DNA of 64,000 nt. It comes from a plasmid. Below the pieces are notes generated by a model. That model had not been told where the DNA came from, did no database searches, and worked only from the letters and a program-made list of their open reading frames with translations. A program made the position numbers and the translations under genes. How positions within the stretch are numbered: the first letter of the stretch is position 1; every line of letters begins with the position of its first letter. The stretch lies in sequence record NZ_CP044066.1. One strand, 5' to 3'. Shown here piece after piece: positions 1 through 9,832 of this stretch.

Positions 1-37
1 AGGCTCCTAGATTCGCCGGGCGCTTCGGGAGGCTGCG

Positions 38-572
38 ATGCACGGACAGGGATTGGTGACCATGAGCATGCGAGAGATAGACCGCATGAAGGTGATCCAG
101 GCGGTGGCAGACGGCCATTTGGCACGCTGGTGTGCGGCCGAGAAGCTCAGTATCAGTCGCCGCCCGGTCGAGCGGTTGGCGCAGCGATATCGACAGGACG
201 GTCCACGCGGCCTCTTGTCCCGTAAATGGGGGCAAGCCGGCCACCGTCAGTTGGCTCCCCGGGCTGGCGTCACGTGCACGGGGCTTGACCCGCGACCGCT
301 ACGCGGAATTTGGCCCGGCGCTGGCCGCTGAGATCCTGTGCGAGCGTCATGCTAAGGTGAGAGCAACAGAAAGGGAACGGCTGCACCCCACATGCCGGAA
401 GTCGACACCTTATGCGGCAGCGGATCGTCCCAGTATTCCGGACGCCGGCACAGGGTGCAGAAGTGAGCACGGGGTATTCGTTCTCTCCCATTTGATCGTC
501 ATAGTTGCCGCCCTGTGTCTACAGCGTGGACATTGCGGTGGGGCTATCTTTTCTGAAGGTGAGCGACCGTAG
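38..572 (+). pseudogene. Transposase N-terminal fragment (ISNCY-like), frameshifted and 3'-truncated
   Basis: ORF 38-331 contains 'MSMREIDRMKVIQAVADGHLARWCAAEKLSISRRPVERLAQRYRQDGPRGL', typical of the helix-turn-helix N-terminus of ISNCY/IS1202-type transposases. The continuation 'RDRYAEFGPALAAEILCERH' is in a different frame (ORF 132-572). The 3' end is cut off by the end of the 544-4647 gene. Confidence 0.45.
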
Positions 573-3500
573 TCAACAACGCATCGAGACCAATTGGCTT
601 GGATAGATGCGCATCAAAGCCTGCGCGTAAAGCTGCATCGACATCAGCTTGACGATCGAAGCCGCTTATGGCAATGGCATAGATTCCGGCCAGTTTAGGC
701 CGGCTACGCACAGCTCGCAGCAACTCGTAGCCATCCATGCCGGGCATCCCAAGATCCGATAACAAAAGATGCGGTGGCGCGCTCTCCATCTGATCCAGCG
801 CTCGCTCTGCGTTAGTCGCTACGTCGACAGTCGCTCCAATTGACTCGAGCAGCAGTCTAAAGGTCTCCACGGTCAATGCATCGTCATCGACCAAAAACAC
901 ACGCATGCCCTGGAGGACTGCAGTCGGCACTGCTGAGACATGAGCTCCCGTCTCTTGCGTTGAAACAGATGGCAGCTCGACGGTGAAGGTTGCGCCCTGG
1001 CCGATGCCCGCCGACTCGGCATGCACGGTACCATTCTGCAATTCAACCAACTCCTTCACCAACGATAGACCGATGCCGAGCCCACCGCTGCGACCGGCCG
1101 AGAATCCTCCCTGGCGGAACAAGTCAAAGATGTAGGGCAACGTCTGCGCGTCAATGCCCGTGCCCGTATTGCGGACCACCAGACGAAGCTGTGCACCAAT
1201 CCGACTCAAAACGACGTCGATGGCACCACCTTCCTCGGTAAATTTGATTGCGTTGCTGAGCAAGTTCCAAACGATCTGCTCGATACGCGTCAGATCTGCT
1301 CGTACCCACAGCGGCTCCTTACCAATGTCGCAGACCAGGGTCACGCCTCGATCATTTGCGTCTTGCGTAACCGCGTCGCACACGCGTTTCACCACGCTCC
1401 TCAGATCGATTGTCTCTCGGACAATCGATAACTTGCCTGTTCGAATGCGCGACATATCCAGCAAGTCGTCGATAATTTTGGCCTGACCGATGATCGTCTG
1501 TCTGATGGTGTTCGTTGCGCGCTCGATGACAGGATTGCGCTGTGCCTCAGGCGAGCGCGCAATCAACTCATTGCTGGCGCTAATCAGGTTTAGGGGATGC
1601 TTGAGTTCATGCGAGACAATGGCCAAGAACTCGTCACGGCGGAACTGCCCCTGCTGCCATTTGTCTTCATCCGCACGTGGCGCACCGGCGGGCAGCACCT
1701 CGTCCAGGTCGCGGGCGATCTTGGCAAAGCCTATGACGCCACCAGTGTCCAGACGGGACAAGACCCCACTGGAGCGAAAACGCTTGCCGTCCTTGCGCAG
1801 GTGCCAGCGCTCTTCTTCCACACGCCCATATTTGCGAGCCTGTGCCATCTCTTCGTCGGGGACGCCGCGCTCGCGATCTTCCGGCGTAAAGAGGGTGCTC
1901 GCGAGATTACCGAGCATTTCGCTTTCCGAGTATCCGAAGATTCTTTCCGCGCCTCGATTCCAGCTTGTTATGCGACCATCATCATCAAACGTAATGATGG
2001 CGTAATCGCGCGTGCTTTCGGCAACGATGTTCATACGATGCTCGCCTTCACGCGCCCGCTCTTCTGCGGCACGACGTGAGGTGATATCGATGAACGAGAG
2101 CACCGCGCCATCGATGCGGTCCTCTGTGGTTCGATATGGCAAGAATCGCGCGAGGTACCACCGCCCGTCGATACTGCGCAGCTCGCGCTCGATCAATCTC
2201 AGTGAGTCAAAGGCTTCGGCAGCGTCGTCGGCAAGCTTGTCGTACTCCAGACGGTGCGTGATGTCGAGCAGCGATCGGCCGATATCCGAGGGGATAATGC
2301 TAAAGACATCAGTGGCCCGTGGCGTGTAGCGCTTGATTCGGATGTTGCGGTCTACGAATATCGTACCGATGTCGTTCGCCGTAATTAGGTTTTGCAGGTC
2401 GTCGTTGATCTTGCTTGTTTCCTCGACCTTCGACTTCAGTTCCGCATTGACAGTGGTCAGTTCCTCATTGATGGACTGGAGCTCTTCTTTGCTCGTCTCA
2501 AGCTCTTCACTGGCCGAACGTAGCTCCTCGTTGATTGCCTGCAGCTCTTCGTTCGATGCCTTCAGTTCCTCCGTGGATGTCTCGGACTGTTCGATGGTTG
2601 CCTGTAGCTGCTCCTTCGTTCGTTGCAGCTCACGTTCGAGCTGACTCACGATCGGGTCCCGAGACACCACCTCCGAGACTTCACCGTCGGCACTCATGCT
2701 GTTTTCCACTTCGTCGAAGAGTACCAAAATGAAGTCCGCGCCGGATTCGGCGTCGTGCACAGGCCGCGCGATCATGTTGACAAAAAATCGGCGGCCGTCT
2801 CGCGCAAGCTCCACGCGGCGAGCCTCGACGCTGTGATTCGATTGCAATGCCTGGAAGATCGCAGTGCGCAGCTCCAAGCGCAACTCTGGCCTCACGGCAG
2901 CAATAATATTGTGCGAAGGAACGCCGCCGGCATATTGGAGAAAGCGACCGGCCCGATCCGATAGATGGACGATATCGGAGTCGCGGCTAAGCAAGACGCT
3001 CGGCGGCGCGTGTTGCTCCACGAGTCGTTGGTGAAGGTCGCCAAACGAAAACTTACGCTTGCCTGTGGGAGGCTGTAGAGTCATGGGCATTCGTGCGTTG
3101 GCCAAACCGACAGACGATAGCGGCACCGGAGAATCCGTTCTCACGGCAACATTGGCGCGGTAAATCCGCGCCTTCTTGTCAACCAATGTGAAAAGATCGC
3201 CTGCGCCGTCTGCAGTCTCCGAGCTGCCGAGAAATAAGAATCCGCCTTGCCGCAGCGCGAAGTGAAACGTACGGAGAATCTCGAGCTGCGCGTCGCGGTC
3301 CAGGTAAATTAGAAGGTTCCGGCAGCACACCATGTCCAGCCGCGAGAACGGTGGATCGCTAAGGACATTGTGGATAGCGAACAAGACATTGGCACGAAGC
3401 TCTTTCTTCACGCGATAGTGGACTGCCTCCTTGGTCAAAAATTGGCGCGACCTGCGACTGTCCACATCTGCAAGAATTGAATCAGGGTAGAGGCCGAGCC

Positions 3501-4647
3501 GTGCCGTCGCGATCGCACGTTCGTCGATGTCCGTTGCGAAAACCTGAAACGCGACGCCATCTACTGCGCGCTCAGCCGCCTCCTGAAGCGCCATCGCGAT
3601 CGAGTACGCTTCCTCGCCCGTTGCACAGCCAGCGGACCAAACTCGGATCGGCTCGTTGGCGCTCCGATTGTCCAGTAGCTGTGGAATGACAGTTGTCTGC
3701 AGCACATCGAAAGCATCCCGATCACGGAAGAAATTAGTGACGCTGATCAGCATGTCCTGCAGCAGTAACGGGGTCTCGTCCGGATGCTCGTGCAGATAGT
3801 CCCGATATTCGCGTAGATCGGTCAAGCCACTGACTTGCAGCCTTCTCTCGATACGACGAAGAATTGTTGCCCGTTTGTACTGGCGGAAGTCGTGCGAAGT
3901 ACGCGCTCGCAGAATTGCCATGATCTCGCGCAATATGCGTTCGGTATACTCCGCGGCCACCGCATGACTTTTGTTGGGTTCCGCCGCGCTAGGTATCTGA
4001 ATGCGGCTGGCGGTCACCCAGAGATCCATCAATCGCTGTGGCATCTCCGGCACCGACAACACTAGGTCGACCATGCCAGTGGTGATAGCAGCGCGCGGCA
4101 TGCTAGGGAACTCCGCCTCCTCTGGCCGCTGCGCAATGGTGATACCACCAAGTTCCTTGATGCGCGTCAAACCGACCGATCCGTCCGAGCCTGCGCCCGA
4201 CAAGACGATGGAAATGGCACGTTCACGATGTGCTTCCGCCAGTGAGCGAAAGAAAAGGTCAATCGCCGCACGTCGGTCATCTGGTGATTCTGCCGGCTGC
4301 ACTCGCAGACAGCCATCGACCATGGTCAGGAGCACCGATGGCGATATCACGTACACGTGATTGGCTTCAATTAGATTGGCATCCGCAACCTGAACTACGG
4401 GCATATCCGTCGCACTGCGCAACAGGTCGGGAAGCGTGCTATTGTGGTCGGGAGACAAATGCAGCACGATCACGTACGCGGCGCCGGAGCGCGCCGGCAG
4501 AGCTTCAAAGAAAGCTTTCAGCACTTCAATGCCGCCGGCCGAAGCACCTATGCCAACCACCGGAAAATTGAGTTGGCTTGGAGTTGGCACAGGCGGAGTT
4601 CGGACCATAGCTTGATTTAAGTTGGGTGGTGGAGCTTTGGCCACCAT
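544..4647 (-). CDS. CheB methylesterase / CheR methyltransferase / PAS / histidine kinase / receiver hybrid sensor protein
   Basis: 1367 aa. The N-terminus has a CheB-type 'VVGIGASAGG' nucleophile motif. The CheR SAM motif 'VWSAGCATGEEAYSIAMAL' follows. Then comes a heptad 'EELxxxN' coiled coil and a PAS region. The HisKA box is 'SHELKHPLN'. The HATPase has 'NLLSNAIKF...GLGIGLSLV'. The C-terminal receiver reads 'VFLVDDD...DLGMPGMDGYELLR'. An SD-like 'ggag' lies upstream of the ATG at 4647. Confidence 0.9.
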   Translation of the reverse strand: MVAKAPPPNLNQAMVRTPPVPTPSQLNFPVVGIGASAGGIEVLKAFFEALPARSGAAYVIVLHLSPDHNSTLPDLLRSATDMPVVQVADANLIEANHVYVISPSVLLTMVDGCLRVQPAESPDDRRAAIDLFFRSLAEAHRERAISIVLSGAGSDGSVGLTRIKELGGITIAQRPEEAEFPSMPRAAITTGMVDLVLSVPEMPQRLMDLWVTASRIQIPSAAEPNKSHAVAAEYTERILREIMAILRARTSHDFRQYKRATILRRIERRLQVSGLTDLREYRDYLHEHPDETPLLLQDMLISVTNFFRDRDAFDVLQTTVIPQLLDNRSANEPIRVWSAGCATGEEAYSIAMALQEAAERAVDGVAFQVFATDIDERAIATARLGLYPDSILADVDSRRSRQFLTKEAVHYRVKKELRANVLFAIHNVLSDPPFSRLDMVCCRNLLIYLDRDAQLEILRTFHFALRQGGFLFLGSSETADGAGDLFTLVDKKARIYRANVAVRTDSPVPLSSVGLANARMPMTLQPPTGKRKFSFGDLHQRLVEQHAPPSVLLSRDSDIVHLSDRAGRFLQYAGGVPSHNIIAAVRPELRLELRTAIFQALQSNHSVEARRVELARDGRRFFVNMIARPVHDAESGADFILVLFDEVENSMSADGEVSEVVSRDPIVSQLERELQRTKEQLQATIEQSETSTEELKASNEELQAINEELRSASEELETSKEELQSINEELTTVNAELKSKVEETSKINDDLQNLITANDIGTIFVDRNIRIKRYTPRATDVFSIIPSDIGRSLLDITHRLEYDKLADDAAEAFDSLRLIERELRSIDGRWYLARFLPYRTTEDRIDGAVLSFIDITSRRAAEERAREGEHRMNIVAESTRDYAIITFDDDGRITSWNRGAERIFGYSESEMLGNLASTLFTPEDRERGVPDEEMAQARKYGRVEEERWHLRKDGKRFRSSGVLSRLDTGGVIGFAKIARDLDEVLPAGAPRADEDKWQQGQFRRDEFLAIVSHELKHPLNLISASNELIARSPEAQRNPVIERATNTIRQTIIGQAKIIDDLLDMSRIRTGKLSIVRETIDLRSVVKRVCDAVTQDANDRGVTLVCDIGKEPLWVRADLTRIEQIVWNLLSNAIKFTEEGGAIDVVLSRIGAQLRLVVRNTGTGIDAQTLPYIFDLFRQGGFSAGRSGGLGIGLSLVKELVELQNGTVHAESAGIGQGATFTVELPSVSTQETGAHVSAVPTAVLQGMRVFLVDDDALTVETFRLLLESIGATVDVATNAERALDQMESAPPHLLLSDLGMPGMDGYELLRAVRSRPKLAGIYAIAISGFDRQADVDAALRAGFDAHLSKPIGLDALLTTVAHLQKR
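2400..2600 (-). repeat. Intragenic 21-nt (7-aa) tandem repeat array encoding EELKASN/EELQAIN/EELRSAS/EELETSK/EELQSIN/EELTTVN
   Basis: The reverse complement of 2455-2590 translates to 'ETSTEELKASNEELQAINEELRSASEELETSKEELQSINEEL', extending to 'TTVNAELKSKVEE' at 2400-2460. The periodic 'gagctcttc' is visible on the + strand. Confidence 0.85.
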
Positions 4648-5466
4648 GATACTCCGAGCGGTTTCCTCTTCCGCCGTCCATACGATCCGAAGTGGTTAAC
4701 CTCGAGCGCAGATTGGTCAGGCAGCTAGCTGCAAGACCGCGGCGAGCCCGCAGCGGCAGTTTGCGTGTTGACTATACGTCCGCCAGAATATGCAGTACTG
4801 GATAGCCCCTTACGGGCCGAGGGAGACGTGCTTGGGCATGCCGATCAACGCAGAGATGCACGCTGGAGCAGAAGTGAGTGGTGGTGAAATACTGGGGGGC
4901 ACGGCTTATCCCTAGCTAGTAGTTGGAGTGCCCTCGGGTGTCACGTCTGACGTCTAGCGTCCGGTAATGCCAGGCCGCTAATTGATCACTGTCGCACCTG
5001 ACGTTGCGGGAACTTCTCTGGATCTATCCCATGCCAGCGTTTACTGGCTTGAGAAAAAAACTCTAGCGGAGTGGCGACAGCGGTCGCCAGCGCCCGCTTC
5101 CTGGCATTCCAGTTCACAAGATCTTACTCCGAATGAATGACCGCTTTGAAGGCGACCTTCTGACTGGAGTGGGTTGTTTTGTGACGGTTGCGACTGCGGG
5201 CGACGCCGATGCCCTTCTTCCCCGGCCGGGACCTGGTGGTGGCTAGCTCGCCCTCAAAGGCCGCGCGGCGAATGCCAACTTGATACTCCCCACTCTGCCC
5301 GTTGACTTGACCGCTGCGGGTCGGCGCCACCGCCCTGCGGCGTCCTCACAGCAGGCATTTAACCCCGCACAAACCGCACGACCGTGCCCACATAATGGAA
5401 GGGTCAGCTCGATCTCGCGATGCATCGTCTAGGCTGGAGGCGCGTCATTTTCCGGAGGAGCCTGCG

Positions 5467-5643
5467 ATGAGCGAAGTTACCGTGATTGGCATTGATCTCG
5501 GCAGACATGTTTTTCACTTGCCGCCGAGGCTGGCCTCCAGGAGCAGGAAGATTGCTGTGGTTCTCTTGGATGCAAGACCGAAGGCGGTGGCTTCGACATT
5601 GCTGTACCCTGTCACAAGGTATTCAGAAGTCCATGCCTACTGA
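5467..5643 (+). pseudogene. Possible IS110-family transposase N-terminal remnant
   Basis: 'MSEVTVIGIDLGRHVFHL' matches the conserved IS110 transposase start (M..VTVIGIDLAK.VFQ.HG). Similarity is lost after about 20 aa and a stop follows about 60 codons in. Confidence 0.3.
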
Positions 5644-5711
5644 CCGGGCTTGGCCGGGGGCAATCGCCGCATTCGTAGCACGCTCGCGATCGGCTTATTC
5701 AAGAGAGAGCG

Positions 5712-8705
5712 ATGACGCCATCCAGCACGGTGCATTCCAAAAGTATCTTTCCTCCCATTGTTGCAATCGGTGCCGCAGCTGGTGGGGTCGTTGCCTTGCA
5801 AAAAGTGTTCCGAAGGCTACCCAAAGGCATGCCGTTTGCAATCGTCGTGCTTCAGGACCTCACTGAAGGATACTCACAACGCCTGGCGGGCTTAATATCG
5901 AGTTGGACGAATCTCCCCGTACATGAAGCCGACACCCATTTAGTGCCGAAGATCGGCGAGGTGTATTTACCTTCCCCCGGCCGTGTGCTTACCATCGACG
6001 CACGTTCGCTACGCGCGAGCAAGATCGAAGGTGATCGCCTTGTTAGCGCTAGCGTGAACATGATCGACCGCTTTCTGGAAGGCCTTGCGCAACATCATGG
6101 AAGCCGGGCAGTCGCGGTCATTTTGTCGGGAAAAGGAATGGACGGCGCGGCCGGTGCCTTGTGCATTCGTAATGCCGGCGGGATTGTGATCGTACAGGAT
6201 CCACTGACAGCGTTGCACGATAGCATGCCTAACGCGGTGATACGGCGCGGCCTTCATGATCACATACTGCCACCCGGCGCGATCGGCTCACAAATCCTAG
6301 CGTGTGGCTCCAATAGCTATTCCCGCCCGCGGAATGCTGAAGGGACGGAGCAGATGGACAACAGGGTGTTGGCTCGCATCCTTCTACTAGTCCGCGTGCA
6401 TTCTGGTATCGATTTCACGGGATACAAGACGGCCCCGCTGCTCTGGCGCGTCAAGCAGCGCATGGATCGGCGACATGTGCGAGAGATTGCGGACTACGCA
6501 AGCCTGATCTCGGAAGACCCGGTGGAACTGGAGTCCCTTATCCGCGATATTCCATTACACGTGACCGAATTCTTTCGCGATCCGGGGGCATGGGCAGCAC
6601 TCAAGGAGGAGGTTCTCCTCCCTCTTATGCGGACAGCGGACGCACATAATCCGGTGCGTACATGGACGGCCGGTTGCGCTAGCGGCGAGGAGGCATACTC
6701 GCTTGCGATGACGCTTGAGGATATCAAGCAGGAGATCGATTCTTCTGCGTGTTATCAGAGTTTCGTCACGGATGCTTCTCCCGAGATCGTGCATCGCGCT
6801 CGCTGCGGCGTGTTTGCTCCATCCGACATGGCGACCGTGTCGCAGCGACAACGGACGGAGTATTTCTTTAGTGCAGACAAGATGTTCACTGTCAGAGGTT
6901 TTTTGCGCGAGCAGATGGTTTTCTCCTCTCAGAATCTCATCTCTGACCCTCCATTCGCGAACATGGATCTTGTCACTTGCCGAAACCTACTGATATACCT
7001 AGAGCCCTCCACTGCGAGGCAGATAATCTATATTTTGCACAGTGCGCTGCGCGAAGGGGGCTATCTGTTTCTCGGCGGCAGCGAATCTTATGACCTGGAG
7101 CAAAGCGGCTTTTCAAAAGTGTCCGGGAGGTTCAACATCTTCCGGAAAACCGGGATCGTTCTGGCGCGAGCCAACGCGGAGCATGCGGCCAGTCAACAAC
7201 GTCGCAATATATCAACTTTGAATGCTGGCTTACTTCGTCAGGCCAACGAGGATTTTGTCTTTCCCTCAGTGCTTGTTGACGATCACGGGCGGCTGCTACG
7301 TGTGTATGGGGCCGCCGGTGACATCCTTCGAATACCCGCCGGAGAACCCACAAATACTCTATTGTCGCTACTACCATGGCAATGGGTGGACCCTCTGCGT
7401 CGCGCCATGTGTGAGGCGTTAGCACAAGATCAGCAGCGGATCGTACGGGATCTATATGATCGGGTGGATTTGCGCATCAGAGTGATACCCATACGTGTCA
7501 GCGCCGAGAATCCTCCCAGTCGTATGCTTCTCTCGTTCATGAGCGAGGAGAGCGGTCAATTTACCCTGGTTCCGAGTGTCCCCCTTTCGGAAAGCGTTGA
7601 CCAGCACCGTAGCGGGGTTCGCCGCTGCGCGGGACCGCCTGAGAAAATCCAATCGTCGTCTCATCAGGAATACGACGCTTTACGCGAGAGGCTGCTGGCA
7701 GTCAATGAGGAATTGCTCGCTTCCAATATTTTACTGAACACGAGCAACGATAATCTTCACGGCGCCAACGCCGAACTCCACGAGAAGATTGCGCAGCTGG
7801 AGATTCGTGCGGAAGTACTTTCATCCGGGGAGGTCATGACTATCTTCCTTGACAAGGACCGGAGGGTTCGCTGGTTCACCCCTGCCACCACGAGACTATT
7901 TCCGTTAAAACCGGAGGACGTGGGGCGAGACATCCATGACCTCGTTCCGCGGTTTCGCGATCCGTCGTTCTTGTCCGACATCCAAGAGGTCTTGCGTTCC
8001 TCCGAAATCAAGGATGCCATAGTGCACGGGGACGACGACAGATGGTATCGGCGGCGATTGGTCCCACACGAGGCAGCGATCGGAACCATAGATGGTGTAG
8101 CGGTAACCTTCGAGGACTTCACGACGCGTCGGCACGTCGAAAATGCGCTATGGGCGAGCGAAGATATGCATCGACACAGTCAGATGTGCCTGTCTTCGCA
8201 GAAAGCGGCACTGCAGTTGGCGATGAATGGGGCCCCACTGACAGAGTCGCTTGAGATCCTGCGACATACGATGACCGGAGAGTCAGGCGATAGACGATCC
8301 GCAGCGTTCTATGTAATGCGAGAGTCGAGGCTGCATCACTTGAAGGGAATGCCAGATGCATACGCTCGGTATCTGAATGGCGCTGATGAGACGCTGGAGT
8401 CGGCCTCCTGCAAGTTCGCCCTGGCGACGAACCAAACCGTCACCACATGCGACATCCTTCGCGATGAGCGTTGGAAACCGTGGGCTTTGGTTAGTTCCAG
8501 CTTCGGATATCGCGGTTGTTGGTCGTTTCCCATCCGAACCGGGAGCAGCCAGCTTGTTGGCGCTTTGGTTGTGTACTTCGGTGTCGCTCAAACTCCGGAG
8601 CCTGTTGACCTCCAATTGGCCGCCGCTATGATACACACCGCTGCGATTATCATTTCGCGAAAGGTTGGCGTCGATGTATTCGTAGCGAATGGCTCTCACG
8701 TATAA
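5712..8705 (+). CDS. CheB-like (Ser to Ala) / CheR / coiled coil / PAS / GAF signalling protein, with no kinase core
   Basis: 997 aa. The N-terminal motif is 'PIVAIGAAAGG', a CheB-type motif with Ala in place of the nucleophile Ser. The CheR motif 'VRTWTAGCASGEEAYSLAMTL' is intact. A degenerate 'NEELLASN...NDNL...NAEL' coiled coil, a PAS region and a C-terminal GAF-like region follow. There is no HisKA/HATPase or receiver. ATG at 5712 with a purine-rich upstream. Confidence 0.85.
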   Translation: MTPSSTVHSKSIFPPIVAIGAAAGGVVALQKVFRRLPKGMPFAIVVLQDLTEGYSQRLAGLISSWTNLPVHEADTHLVPKIGEVYLPSPGRVLTIDARSLRASKIEGDRLVSASVNMIDRFLEGLAQHHGSRAVAVILSGKGMDGAAGALCIRNAGGIVIVQDPLTALHDSMPNAVIRRGLHDHILPPGAIGSQILACGSNSYSRPRNAEGTEQMDNRVLARILLLVRVHSGIDFTGYKTAPLLWRVKQRMDRRHVREIADYASLISEDPVELESLIRDIPLHVTEFFRDPGAWAALKEEVLLPLMRTADAHNPVRTWTAGCASGEEAYSLAMTLEDIKQEIDSSACYQSFVTDASPEIVHRARCGVFAPSDMATVSQRQRTEYFFSADKMFTVRGFLREQMVFSSQNLISDPPFANMDLVTCRNLLIYLEPSTARQIIYILHSALREGGYLFLGGSESYDLEQSGFSKVSGRFNIFRKTGIVLARANAEHAASQQRRNISTLNAGLLRQANEDFVFPSVLVDDHGRLLRVYGAAGDILRIPAGEPTNTLLSLLPWQWVDPLRRAMCEALAQDQQRIVRDLYDRVDLRIRVIPIRVSAENPPSRMLLSFMSEESGQFTLVPSVPLSESVDQHRSGVRRCAGPPEKIQSSSHQEYDALRERLLAVNEELLASNILLNTSNDNLHGANAELHEKIAQLEIRAEVLSSGEVMTIFLDKDRRVRWFTPATTRLFPLKPEDVGRDIHDLVPRFRDPSFLSDIQEVLRSSEIKDAIVHGDDDRWYRRRLVPHEAAIGTIDGVAVTFEDFTTRRHVENALWASEDMHRHSQMCLSSQKAALQLAMNGAPLTESLEILRHTMTGESGDRRSAAFYVMRESRLHHLKGMPDAYARYLNGADETLESASCKFALATNQTVTTCDILRDERWKPWALVSSSFGYRGCWSFPIRTGSSQLVGALVVYFGVAQTPEPVDLQLAAAMIHTAAIIISRKVGVDVFVANGSHV

Positions 8706-9143
8706 GCTTACGCTCGTCCTATGTTTGGGTCGTCCTCTCGAGATATTGGTTAAGGCAACCGGGGTTCCTATCGGCCACCATTCGTATGAGGCCACCGAGT
8801 TGCTCAATGACACTCAATCGCGTTGGCAAGCGACGCGCAGCGTGCGCGCCTCTGCCGCATCTCCGCAAACAGGGATCCGATGGTCGCCACTGCGTTGCAC
8901 ACACCTGATACCACAATCCACGCAATCGACGTATCTTCTCGCCAACTGACGAGCAAAGAAGAACTGCCCTACCTGAATGAGCAACCTACTTCTTTCTCGT
9001 TGCCGGCGGAAGCCGTTGGCCGGTTGCGCAGCTGCTGCGGGGAGATAATTCTGTCGTCACCCGAGTTCCGGCGGCTTTGGAGGGTGTGGGCGACAAACTC
9101 ATAATGAACTCCGCACGGGCAGAAAAGTAACGGTTCCGTTGGG

Positions 9144-9785
9144 TCAACGGCTAGAAACCAAGCTCCCTGCTTCTTGCTTGATGCACAGACCCAGCCGATC
9201 GGCGAGACGCACCAGCTCGGGCAAAGAGTCGAGCTCGAGCTTTTGCATCACACGTGCACGATGGACCTTAATCGTCTTCTCCACCGTACCAAGCTCGCTA
9301 GCCACCTGTTTGTTACGGATGCCGGTCACTACCCATGTCAGTACCTCGAACTCTCGAGGTGTCAGCCTCTGAATCTTCATTTGCAGCTCCTGCAATTCCC
9401 GTTGTTCTTCGAAGTGTTCTGCGGCCTGGGCGCAACCCTTCTTCACTGCAGCAAGTAGTTGCGTCTCTGACACCGGTTTTTCGAGGAACGCTATGGCACC
9501 CGCTTGCATTGCTCGGACCGCCTGTGCAACGTCGGCATATCCGCTCAGAAAGATTACGGGAATCTTGCCTTCAAGACTCTGCTGGAGTACGAGTCCGTCT
9601 GTACCCGGCATCAGCAGGTCCAGCACCAAGCATGAGGGCTCGGGTCCAAGCTTCACTTCATCAAGGAAAGACTGTGCCGATGAGAACATACTTACCAGAT
9701 AACCATGAGCGGCGAGCATGCGGCTTAGCGCTCGCCTCACGCTGCCATCATCATCGACGATATAAACGGTTGCTTTTGCAAACAT
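9144..9785 (-). CDS. FixJ/LuxR-family response regulator (REC + LuxR HTH)
   Basis: 'MFAKATVYIVDDDGSVRRAL...LLMPGTDGL' is a receiver domain. 'LTPREFEVLTWVVTGIRNKQVASELGTVEKTIKVHRARVMQKL' is a LuxR-type HTH. ATG at 9785 is preceded by GGAG. The 9144-10121 ORF in the track is an unsupported N-terminal extension. Confidence 0.9.
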   Translation of the reverse strand: MFAKATVYIVDDDGSVRRALSRMLAAHGYLVSMFSSAQSFLDEVKLGPEPSCLVLDLLMPGTDGLVLQQSLEGKIPVIFLSGYADVAQAVRAMQAGAIAFLEKPVSETQLLAAVKKGCAQAAEHFEEQRELQELQMKIQRLTPREFEVLTWVVTGIRNKQVASELGTVEKTIKVHRARVMQKLELDSLPELVRLADRLGLCIKQEAGSLVSSR

Positions 9786-9832
9786 ACGTTGTCTCCAGGG
9801 AAGATTTGCAAAATGGGAGCCTGCGCCGTGTC

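Noticed and set aside
2400-2600. Periodic 21-nt repeats considered as a possible CRISPR or satellite array
   Set aside because: The repeats are in frame and encode the EEL heptad coiled coil. Nothing about them is CRISPR-like, since there are no unique spacers and the unit is 21 nt within a CDS.
1154-2964. Multiple 100-170-aa ORFs on the + strand (e.g. 1490-2005, 1597-2079, the Ser-rich 2333-2644) inside the 544-4647 gene
   Set aside because: They are antisense to a well-supported 1367-aa gene in GC-rich DNA. The Ser-rich one is just the reverse reading of the EEL heptad repeats. They have no RBS or domain signal.
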